The position numbers and the translations under genes were made by a program. A stretch of 61,609 bases of DNA, counting the filler. It is 6 parts of 6 records of this genome, joined end to end, with 100 filler letters (N's around TTAATTAATTAA, not from the genome) between each part and the next. Parts side by side here need not be neighbours in the genome. Positions count along the whole stretch, not along the records: positions 5,456 to 24,292 come from DRR723986_15173; 5 more parts are not named here. One strand, written 5' to 3'. Positions 9,407-19,000 of the stretch are shown here, piece after piece. A model generated the notes under the pieces. That model was not told where the DNA came from and searched no databases. It saw only the letters and a program-made list of their open reading frames with translations. Every line of letters starts with the position of its first letter. Within the stretch, counting starts at the first letter, position 1.

Positions 9407-10930
9407 TCAGCCGCTATCGCGTTGGCGTTGCAGGTAATCGACCATCAAAACACCTTTGGACTTACTCAGGGCCCAGACGGAGAAATCAAAATATTCGAAA
9501 ATTCGCGTACCGGGGCGGCTGGCAGCGGCATCCAACATTTCCTGAGCTAGTTTGGCATAAAACTCCGGCTCCAGCGCAGTACCAGCAATGTCGGGAACCT
9601 TGGCCAGTCGGCGCAGAAGCACATCTTCAACCGCAAAAATGCGATCGCGTTTTTTGAGGAAACGGCGAGTGGAGCGTAGGAGATTTGGCAGAACATCAAA
9701 GTGACCTAGCTCAGTGTAAATCACCAATTCCATGAGCTTAACAATATTATAGGCATCGGGTACAAACGGCTCGTCGTTTAAAATGACATTTGCATATTTA
9801 AGTGCGTCGCTAAAGTTGCCCGCAATAATTGACGCAGTCACGAAGTTGTAATACATCGTCATTAACTGGTTGCTTGCAATGTGCGCCTTCATGTCTTCGA
9901 GTTCCGATACCAGGCTCGGAATACGCTTAATCAGTTCATCATAACGCGACTGCAGAGCCAGAAGGTTAATCTCGAGTGTAGCGATTGATTCCAACCGAAA
10001 CTTGCGCATAGCCAGGTCATTGCCCGAGAGAGCCTTTAACTTTTCAATGGTGACACTTAACTCATCCAACTGGCCGGCACGCAAACAGCGCACTGCATAA
10101 TTGTGCAAGGTACGACCAGAGTTCAAGGGCCGCCCATCACCCAAATTACTCGACTCCCACAGCTTAACACACTCGCGTGCACTTTCAAACGCGTCCTGAT
10201 AATCACCCAGCACCATTTGACAGCGGCTACGGATATTAAACAGCATGTATTGCAAAGCTGCCGTCGGCAATGAATACGGATCACGTTGTGCGATTTCGTG
10301 GTCAAGGATCTCCTGAACGGCCGCACGCTCGGACTCACTACGTGCAAGACTGCTGTTGTTTAAGCGCGCATGTGTTAAGGAATGCAACCAACTAATATCT
10401 GCTTCCTGTTTAAGTTGGTCGAGTGACTTCGTCTGCAGATCGTACAAGTCTTTGAGTTCGGATTCAATTCCGTCGCCTGCCCGAAAGTGCAAATCTGCCA
10501 TTCGCTGACGCGCCAACCTGACCTTGGCCAAGGTATTTTCGTGTTTAGTCGCCAGGCGTTCGGCCTGTTTAAGAAGTTTATCCGAAATATCGACCAGTCC
10601 GCGATTCATGAGCAGAGTAGCTTCTTTGATTTTTTCCTCAATGTTAATTTCGTCCGCAGGCCCCGCGTGGAACGTACAGAGTCCCTTCAGGATACTTTCC
10701 TGCAAATAGATTTTGGCCATGGGAAGATTTTTGGTGTATTTCCCATCGCTGTTGTTGGCCAGAAGTGCAGCTTCATCGTAATTGTCCTGGGCGTCTATCG
10801 CGTCAAAAAGTGCGTGATAGGCACTCGCCTTACCGGACTCGCGCTGACTGGTGATCACCTTAAAATAGCGCTTTTCCGAGGGAGACAGAGACTTGATTAT
10901 TCTGAACAGATCGTCCGAAGGTTTCTTCAT
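9407..10930 (-). CDS. Uncharacterised alpha-helical (TPR-like) protein, paralog 1
   Basis: 507-aa ORF with the LFxxIKSLSxSEKRYFK N-terminus recalled from Bacteroidota hypotheticals; collinear with the neighbouring gene. Confidence 0.85.
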   Translation of the reverse strand: MKKPSDDLFRIIKSLSPSEKRYFKVITSQRESGKASAYHALFDAIDAQDNYDEAALLANNSDGKYTKNLPMAKIYLQESILKGLCTFHAGPADEINIEEKIKEATLLMNRGLVDISDKLLKQAERLATKHENTLAKVRLARQRMADLHFRAGDGIESELKDLYDLQTKSLDQLKQEADISWLHSLTHARLNNSSLARSESERAAVQEILDHEIAQRDPYSLPTAALQYMLFNIRSRCQMVLGDYQDAFESARECVKLWESSNLGDGRPLNSGRTLHNYAVRCLRAGQLDELSVTIEKLKALSGNDLAMRKFRLESIATLEINLLALQSRYDELIKRIPSLVSELEDMKAHIASNQLMTMYYNFVTASIIAGNFSDALKYANVILNDEPFVPDAYNIVKLMELVIYTELGHFDVLPNLLRSTRRFLKKRDRIFAVEDVLLRRLAKVPDIAGTALEPEFYAKLAQEMLDAAASRPGTRIFEYFDFSVWALSKSKGVLMVDYLQRQRDSG

Positions 10931-11104
10931 TACAGAGCTTATAACCAGACTGCGAAAGGACTGTTTTCCCCCAAAAGTACATCAAATCAATGATTTTTCA
11001 AGGTGCAAGTGGCACTAAGAATCAAATCGACGGGCCGAACTGCGATTCATGTTACGTCCCGGGAACCCAGCATAGCTGTTTGAGACGGCAAGTTTTGTTG
11101 TGGA

Positions 11105-12622
11105 TCAGGTAGCGGCGGCGCGCATCAATTCTGCCATTGGACGCCCTTCAGCTTTACTTTGAGCCCAAATGCCAAAGTCAAAATATTCAAAGGTGGTAGC
11201 ACCCGAACCATCCGCAGTTGCGTCCCTGAGATCTTGCGCGAACCTGGCGTAAAACTCCTTTTCCGAATCCGTACCGGCTACATCCGGTATTTTGGCCATA
11301 CGACGCAGCAGAATATCTTCTACATTAAACAGGCGCTCACGTTTAGTTAAAAAACGACGCGTGGAGCGTACCAATCCGGACATCAAATCCAGGTGCCCGA
11401 GTTCAACATGCACAACCAGGTTAATTAACCGGGTGATGTTGTACAGGTCTGGAAAACTGGCTTCATCATTTAACAAGTTGTTAATGTGATGCAGCGCCAG
11501 GTTAAATTCGCCTACAAAAATACTGACGCTGCTAAGGCAGAAGAATATAGCCATTCGGCTTGACCCGTTCACCTTAAGGCGCAAGTCCTGGAATTCACTT
11601 TCAATGGATGGAGACATTTCGACGATGTCGCGATAGCGAAATTTCTGAGCGAGATAACTCATTTCAATAATTTTAACGGACTCAAAATGGAAGAGGCGCA
11701 TTGACTGATCCCCCTCGCAGAGAACGCGCAGTTTGTCGAGCACAAGTTTGAGTTCATCCAGCTGTTGGGCGCGGGTACAACGCATCGCAAAATTGTGCAA
11801 TTTGACCGCATGTTTGCGTTTGTCTTTGGTAGGCAATGAGATTAACTCCCAAAGACGCAGACTCTCTTTACCGCTTTCAAATGCCTGTTGATAGTTGCCT
11901 AAAACAATGTGGCACAGGCTGTGAATATTAAACAGGATGTGCCGTAAGCGATCGGATGGCAATGAAGCGGGATCGCGCTGTGCAATTTCGTGATCCAAAA
12001 TCTGCTGTATGCGATCACGATCGGTATCTGAGCGGGCCAGGCCATAGTTAACATGCCGCGCCTGTGACATTGCACGCAACCACTTCACATCAATTTCAGA
12101 ACGCAGAGAGTGGAGATGCTCCAACTGTTCGGCATAAATCGCATCGAGTACTTCTTCGCTATTGTCATCGGCGTCAAACTGGCGGTCGCCCATTGCCTGC
12201 ATTAACAAGCGCAATCTGACGATGGTGTTGTCGGTTCGTAACGCGATTTTTTCGGCCTGGCCCAGCAGTTTTGAACTAATGTTTCCCAGGCCGCGGTCTT
12301 TTAGTAGCGCGGCGCCTGTTATTTTTTCTTCAATCGTGATTCCAGCGCTTGAGTCTGCATGAAATGAGCAAAGCGCTTTGATGATACTTTCCTGCAGGTA
12401 GATTTTGGCCATCGAAAGGTTTTTGGTAAACCTGTGGTCGCGATTGAGTTCCAGCAGAGCGGCTTCGTTGAAGGATTCCTGCGCATCAATTGCGTCAAAG
12501 AGAGCGTGGTAGGCGCTGGCCTTGCCTGATTCGCGCTGACTGGTAATTACCTTAAAGTAGCGCTTTTCGGAAGGCGAGAGAGATTTGATTATCCGGAATA
12601 GATCGTCCGAGGGTTTCTTCAT
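11105..12622 (-). CDS. Uncharacterised alpha-helical (TPR-like) protein, paralog 2
   Basis: Start moved to the ATG at 12622 because the first 48 aa from there are identical to paralog 1. Confidence 0.85.
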   Translation of the reverse strand: MKKPSDDLFRIIKSLSPSEKRYFKVITSQRESGKASAYHALFDAIDAQESFNEAALLELNRDHRFTKNLSMAKIYLQESIIKALCSFHADSSAGITIEEKITGAALLKDRGLGNISSKLLGQAEKIALRTDNTIVRLRLLMQAMGDRQFDADDNSEEVLDAIYAEQLEHLHSLRSEIDVKWLRAMSQARHVNYGLARSDTDRDRIQQILDHEIAQRDPASLPSDRLRHILFNIHSLCHIVLGNYQQAFESGKESLRLWELISLPTKDKRKHAVKLHNFAMRCTRAQQLDELKLVLDKLRVLCEGDQSMRLFHFESVKIIEMSYLAQKFRYRDIVEMSPSIESEFQDLRLKVNGSSRMAIFFCLSSVSIFVGEFNLALHHINNLLNDEASFPDLYNITRLINLVVHVELGHLDLMSGLVRSTRRFLTKRERLFNVEDILLRRMAKIPDVAGTDSEKEFYARFAQDLRDATADGSGATTFEYFDFGIWAQSKAEGRPMAELMRAAAT

Positions 12623-12651
12623 GACCTCACACCCTGCAAGCATTTTGCCGA

Positions 12652-12671
12652 TAGCTTTGACAGCAAAGCTA
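12652..12671. promoter_or_regulatory. 8-4-8 palindrome containing a Bacteroidota-type TAnnTTTG promoter motif
   Basis: TAGCTTTG-ACAG-CAAAGCTA lies 30-50 bp upstream of the ATG at 12622. Confidence 0.45.
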
Positions 12672-12739
12672 CACAATCCGCCCAAGAATTGCGCCAGAAA
12701 TCAGATTGTGAACTTTGCGCGAACGGCGAAATCAAAGCT

Positions 12740-13828
12740 TTACACGTAGGCCGGTTGTGCCATTACTTTGTGTGCAGCGGCGCGCCCAGACAGCCAGGCC
12801 GACTCGACGTTTGCGCCAAAAACGTCACCTGCACACACAATCAATGGCGCGTCTTGCAGAAGCAGGCAGGAGCCTTCCAGCGAATCGGCAGGTATGGAAC
12901 GATCCCAACGAATAAGGCGCGCATGCAGAACCTTGCCGGGGATATAGTCGGCCGCGACGGCAGTCAGTGTCGAGATAATGTCTTCGTCGTGGCTATCCCA
13001 AAACAAGTTACTCCAGCTGCTGCCTGCGTGAATTGTCAGTGCACCGGCCTGCGGAGAAATTCCTTTGGCAGAGTTGTCACTAATGCTATTGACGGGGCCA
13101 CTGGATGGTTGGATGATCCACTCGTTTTTGGGTGCGGAGGCTTGATCAAGGCTTAGTAGCAGGGTCAGGTTACGTTGAAAGTCGATCTGTTCGAGGGTGC
13201 TACGAAGTTGTGGCAGAATATTCAGGTCCGTTCCCAGGCTTTCGAGGCAGTCTGGAAGCGGTGCAGTCAGAATGACACTACGGGCATTCAGGTATTCGCT
13301 GGTAGAATCGCCGGCCTGGCCCCTTGTCTCTCCGGCTTGTGTCAGCAGGCGCAGGCTACCCTGAATGTGCTGTATGCCGTGTAGCCGGCGCCCGTACATG
13401 ATGTTAAGAGGATGGGCCAGGGCACGCGCAAACATGTGCATGCCCAAAGGCGCGGAATAACGAGTCTCATATATGCCTAGGCCGGCATAACTGGTGGGAT
13501 GACGGCGCAGCAGGGCCCTGGCGGCCCATTCTTCCAGCTGTGTTCCAAACTCGGGGCTTGCAGCCGTAAAATGTGACACGGAAGTATCAAACACGGCGAT
13601 GCGCCCATCGTCCAAAACCTGCTCGCAGCCACCCAGACGGCCACCGGGAGCGTCGGCGGCTTCAATTATGGCAACACGAAGCCCATTCTGCTGCAACACA
13701 CTCGCAGCGCTCAAGCCACTAAAACCCGCGCCAAGAACGGCACAGTCAAATTGCACCGGGCTTTTGTCTGCAGACACCGCGTCGATTTCCGAGTCCTTGT
13801 CGTTTTTAAGCTTTGACAGCACCGTCAC
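12740..13828 (-). CDS. FAD/NAD(P)-dependent oxidoreductase, renalase-like
   Basis: VLGAGFSGLSAA, IIEAADAPGGRL, FDTSVSHFTA and CAGDVFGANVESAWLSG motifs; GTGA overlap with the upstream stop. Confidence 0.88.
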   Translation of the reverse strand: MTVLSKLKNDKDSEIDAVSADKSPVQFDCAVLGAGFSGLSAASVLQQNGLRVAIIEAADAPGGRLGGCEQVLDDGRIAVFDTSVSHFTAASPEFGTQLEEWAARALLRRHPTSYAGLGIYETRYSAPLGMHMFARALAHPLNIMYGRRLHGIQHIQGSLRLLTQAGETRGQAGDSTSEYLNARSVILTAPLPDCLESLGTDLNILPQLRSTLEQIDFQRNLTLLLSLDQASAPKNEWIIQPSSGPVNSISDNSAKGISPQAGALTIHAGSSWSNLFWDSHDEDIISTLTAVAADYIPGKVLHARLIRWDRSIPADSLEGSCLLLQDAPLIVCAGDVFGANVESAWLSGRAAAHKVMAQPAYV

Positions 13829-16065
13829 CTCAACTCCAGGTCGCGGCTGGCAACCAGTGCGGATTCGCCACCGTCGGCCGTTACGGTTTTAACGGCGTAG
13901 CGTACCTTCATGCCTTTGCTGACTTCGTTATCGCGGAAGGTGCGCACGTTGGCAGCTACGGCGCGAACGAGGGAGGGCTTGGAGGTACCGACGGCGCGAT
14001 ACACGTAAAACTGAGCATTGGAATCACCGGAGTACTCCCAGCTGAGAGTGACTGCGCCTTTTTCGTCCTGCACAAGGTTCAGACTTTTAACTCCGCTGCG
14101 AACACCCGAATCGTAAACGCGACCGGACACGATGTTTGAGAGCGGCGAAGTTAAACCGGCATCGTCATAAACTTGCAGCGCATACTCATAAATCGTACCG
14201 CGTACTGCGGAAGTATCGGCGTGCAAACCTTGTGCACCAGCAGGGATATCGATCAACTCCATCCACTCTATGGCGCCCTGCTCACGGCGCAACATGCGAT
14301 GAAATTCTACATCATCACTGGAGCTACGCTGCCAGGCAATGTTAACCGCAGAGTCGCTAACCACGACGTCGTTAATAACAGCAGCGGCCGGTGGCACGAG
14401 GTCGGGCTTCTTTAGAAGTAATGGTTCGGTAAATCCGGAGTGGTTAAAGTTCTGATCCAGCGCGGTGACTTTGTAGAGAATTTCTTCCGACAGAGTATGC
14501 ACGGTCAATGAATCGTAAAAAACTGTGTCGGCCAGAATATCAGTTGTTAACTGCTGATATTCATGATCACTTTGATGCGCATAGAATACGCGATAACCTT
14601 GCAGGTCGAATTCCTGATTGGCAGACCAGGTTAACTTTACGCGGCCAAGCGTGTCGATTTCGCCCGTTAAGTTTACAGGCACCGCCGGCGGAATTGAATC
14701 TGGGAACATGACAAGTATCGGGGCGGACAGGCGCGAGTTACCCGCGGTGTCGACGGCACCGACAAGGTAATAATGCTGCGGCAGGTCGACAATATCTTCT
14801 TCAAGAAAACTGCGGGTCGTTTCCGGCAGGACTTCACTTACCAACTCAAATGGTCCTTCGGGATCGGGTGCTTTGGCGACAAAAAATCCGGCCAAATCCG
14901 GATCAATTTTTGTTGGATCAATTTCCCAGGAAATCAGAGCCGAGCGACCATCAACAATTTGCGCTGGTTGGATACGCGGCTGTGATGGGGCGGTGATATC
15001 GCGCCCCATGGCAACGATGACCGTATCTCCGCGGGTGGATTCACCAAAGGCATCCAGTGCTCTAACCCGGTAACTTACCGGCTCGTAGTTCTTCTCCAGC
15101 TCTATTCTGAATTCATTGGTGTTTTCCGCGTTACTGCCATTGTCCTGACGTTTGTCGACTGCCGAGACAAATGGATTTGTATTCATTTTTTCAAATGTAA
15201 CGCCACCGTCAAATGAGCGCTCGATGATGTAGGAGCTGAAAGACATGTCCGGATGTTCCTGGCGGTCCCAGGTTAACACCACCAGCTTTTCAGACTCATG
15301 TGCGCGCAGCGATTTGATGGAGCGAAAGTCACTGAATGGCTCCGGCGAGACGAGTGTGAGGGCCGTATCGACCGGACTTCGTGGCGCGCCCGCTGCGCGA
15401 ATCCGATAGAGGTAACCCGCGCCTGGCTCCATGCTGCGATCTACATATCTTAAAGCCAAGCCGTCCGCAAGGTCCGTCCGCAGGTCCGCCAACATAAGCG
15501 CAAACCCTACAAAGTTTTCCTGCTGCAGGTGCATCTGATAAATTGAGCCGAAGCGATCATTTGTTGTGGTAATTGCGCGGCCATACAGAGTTTGGACTGC
15601 AGCACCGGCAAGGCTGTCTTCAGGGGCAAAGCCGGCGCGCCACTCATCAATGCTCAAAGGTTTTATGGGTGCGGAGTTAACAGTCTCCCAGACGGTGCTG
15701 TCGGCCCCCAGCCGCAGACGCCGACGTTCAATGATATACCCCACTTCACTGGCGGCTTTCCAGCTTGGATAGTCGGTCATCCCCCAGCGCAGTACCAGCG
15801 AGTCACCGTAGTTGCGAGCGGTGAGCACCAAATTGGCACGCTGGAGCGTGTCTTCCGGCTGTTCCACACGCTGGCTAAGAGTATCGGCGGCGGCATTGCG
15901 CGTGGTCGCATCCATCTCAATGTCGACCGGATCAACTTGTGCATGTAATCCCATCGGCAAACAAAAAGCTGCCAAGGAAACTGCAAGAGATATGGCCAGG
16001 TAGACGCCAGCGCTTAAATAACGATCGAATAGCATGACTTTCCCGTCGGGATAAAAAGTGAACAT
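13825..16065 (-). CDS. Secreted multi-fibronectin type III domain protein
   Basis: Signal peptide ending HAQ; repeated FN3 patterns (VKLTW...GYRVFY...YKVTALD, D-x-x-PP linkers). Confidence 0.85.
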   Translation of the reverse strand: MFTFYPDGKVMLFDRYLSAGVYLAISLAVSLAAFCLPMGLHAQVDPVDIEMDATTRNAAADTLSQRVEQPEDTLQRANLVLTARNYGDSLVLRWGMTDYPSWKAASEVGYIIERRRLRLGADSTVWETVNSAPIKPLSIDEWRAGFAPEDSLAGAAVQTLYGRAITTTNDRFGSIYQMHLQQENFVGFALMLADLRTDLADGLALRYVDRSMEPGAGYLYRIRAAGAPRSPVDTALTLVSPEPFSDFRSIKSLRAHESEKLVVLTWDRQEHPDMSFSSYIIERSFDGGVTFEKMNTNPFVSAVDKRQDNGSNAENTNEFRIELEKNYEPVSYRVRALDAFGESTRGDTVIVAMGRDITAPSQPRIQPAQIVDGRSALISWEIDPTKIDPDLAGFFVAKAPDPEGPFELVSEVLPETTRSFLEEDIVDLPQHYYLVGAVDTAGNSRLSAPILVMFPDSIPPAVPVNLTGEIDTLGRVKLTWSANQEFDLQGYRVFYAHQSDHEYQQLTTDILADTVFYDSLTVHTLSEEILYKVTALDQNFNHSGFTEPLLLKKPDLVPPAAAVINDVVVSDSAVNIAWQRSSSDDVEFHRMLRREQGAIEWMELIDIPAGAQGLHADTSAVRGTIYEYALQVYDDAGLTSPLSNIVSGRVYDSGVRSGVKSLNLVQDEKGAVTLSWEYSGDSNAQFYVYRAVGTSKPSLVRAVAANVRTFRDNEVSKGMKVRYAVKTVTADGGESALVASRDLELR

Positions 16066-19000
16066 TATTTGTCGAGTTTTAGAAATACTTCCTTGCCCTC
16101 AGGTTTACGCGGCATGATAATATCCAGCGTATACCGGGCGCTCTTCAGCGGTGTCATTTTCCAATAGAGCCATCCGGAAACCTTGAACTCGTCTGCAATC
16201 CACTTCTCGGGAGCATTGTAGCGCAAGAACTTCTGGAATTGTTGGTCTTCCGTATTCCAGAGTGTTGGACCGGCACGCCCCATCAGTTCGTCATAAACTT
16301 TAATGCGGTCCAGATTCAGCACTGTAATAACGTCATAGCGAATTGTCATGAAGTTGTGTTCGAGATTGGCAAGCTGCTGCGGTCCCTGCCCTTGCATACC
16401 TGGTCCGGGTTTAGGTTTGTTTAAGTTCGGGTTATTCAAGCCCTTCAGCTTTAAGTTCAACTTACCAAGGTTAATCTTCTTCTTCGGCGGCGCACCTTTT
16501 TCACCCAGATTGGCCTGGAATCCTTTGATGCCCGGACTCTTGGGTTTAGGCGGCGAGTAACCTTTCCAATAGGCAGCATTCACTTCTGCATTCGTTAACT
16601 TCTTGGCCGTACCCGTTCCGCTGTACTGAATGTCAACGGCGCGTTCTGGGAAGTCAATCTGTGAAATGTGCGTATTGTTTGTTAAACGACTACCCGGCGT
16701 ATACGCATTCTTGGAAGGATAGGTCCTGAACATCGTAGGATTCAGATAGTTCTCCAGGGGCGGCGTCGAGAGATACACACTATTGATATAGTGGTCCCGC
16801 GTCGAATAACGGAAGTAACGATTGTGCAGGAAGCTCCACCAGGTGTCACTTGTATTTGGTCCGGAACGATCATGTGCGACTCCGTAAATCAGCGGCTCAT
16901 TGTAAAACCTTGTACTGCCTTTTTTGTACGAAGTCTGGTTCAGATCGTACCAATCCAGCGCTTCATCACCTTTGTATTTGGAATAGATCGTGCGTTTGTA
17001 GAAGTTTTGACCAGTCTTGGTCGAGACACGGTTGCCAAGGTATTTGTTCAGCTTATTTTGAAACATGCTGTATTTACTTGTGCGGAAGGCGAGCTTATAC
17101 ACCATGAATTCATCATCACCAAGTTTTAGCGAGTTAACACGTGTGCGTTTAACTTTTACTTTTTGGCCTTGGCCGACGTACTTGTTCTGTGTCCAACTAC
17201 CAATACCAGAGCTTCCCGATTTCAGCTGCAGGCCTAGACCTTTATTTTGCACCTTCTTGACTTTACGGCGCACGATTTGCAAAATGTAAACCGTTTCGGC
17301 TTTGAGGGAGGGCATTTCAAATTCGACACCTTTGAACTGGCTAGTATTTTTCCAGCTCAGGGAGTGACCGGCAAGCTTGTTGCTACCGCCATCGACCTCG
17401 TGGAAACGGGCCTCGTAGACAAATTTGTACTTGTCGTCTTTGGGCTTAAGGTTGGCAATGACGTTCGGGAACTGGATCAGCTGAATCGCACCTTTATTGT
17501 AGTCATCCCAATGGAAGTAACGTTGCCAGCGGCCTGGAGTCGAAGCGATAACATCTTGTTCGCGGAAATGCCGTGGCGCCTTGCCAGTCTTGAAATCTAC
17601 CGTTTTGACTTCATGATAGTCTTGGCTGCAATTTTTACATTCTTTAACGCGTTTCCAGACGCCTTTGATTTTCTGATCACCGTAAACACTGATTTTGGCG
17701 TAGTACTTGGTGTATTCATCAAAACCATATTTCGGCTCAAACAAAGCGGACATGTTCTTTTCAACAAGTGACCAGCTACCGGCAACTTTCTTGTTACTTC
17801 CCTTGTGGCGGACTTCAAAGTCGTGCACATCAAAGCGGAAGGTCAAGTTTTCTGGCTCACCGTCACTGTTAAGTATCTCAACGGTGATTGCTTTGTTTTT
17901 GCCAACCGGAAGGCTGAACGACGCTTGCGGGTATGCATAGACGTCTACTTCCTGCCCCAATGGTTTTAAGTCGGAAATCACACGCACACCGGCAAATGGA
18001 TCATTCGATGCCGGATTACAATACGCGCCCCACTTAAAGTTGAAGTTAACAGTTCCGGAAAGCAAACCGTTCATGACATTATACGACCCTGAAAACGCGC
18101 CGGCCAGCCAGGTCGGCCGCGGCAGCCCAGCCTCAAAGGCCAGGTGCGAACTTACACTTACCAACTCAATGTCGGCCTTGGCGAACCAGAAGTCGAGCTT
18201 CATGCCGACCTCCGCCGTAAAGCTCGTATACACCTGCCCGGTGGCATACCAACCGTTTAAGCCCATTTTGCCTTCGATCTGATCACATTCCTGATCGAGT
18301 TTCAGGACCGAGACATCATAGCCGAAGACAACTGCCAGGCGCGCATAAAACACCAGGAATTTTAACTCTCCCGTGTCAATGTCGAGCTGCTGCCCGAAGG
18401 CAAAACCACTGCCGTTATTAACTTCCGGCTTGCGCGGATTGTCGTCGTTGAAATTGGGGAACTTGGCCTGAAACTCTGGAGGAAGCGGCGGCATGCCACC
18501 CAGACTGTTCTTGCCAATCATGAAATACGAGCCAATTTTAACCAGGCCCAGCACATCCAGCCCCATCCTGTTTTCGGGCCTACCAACTTTGATAAACCAC
18601 TTATTCGGACTGAAGTGAATATGCGCATCGCCGCCACCGCTAATCAACTTCTTGTTACCGGCATTGACATTAAACTTCACGTTGATTAGACCATCAAATG
18701 ACTTCTTAACACTTGAATATCTGAAGTCGCAGGTCGCCGAGAGAACCGCATTATCACCTGGCCGGTTTTTAGGATCCGGCAGGGAGACAAAGTAACCGGC
18801 GCCGTAGAAGGCAACCTCATTAATTCCACCGCCCTCAAAGAAGGACATCTCGAGTGTTATATCACCGTTAAATGCATTGGGGCTCGGCATTGTGCCCATG
18901 ATAATGGTTGCCTTAAAACCAAAGGCGATATTCGGTGCCGGCTGGTACACAACACCGGTCGAACTCTGCCCCGGTTGGTCAACGTCAAAGCCGTCCACAT

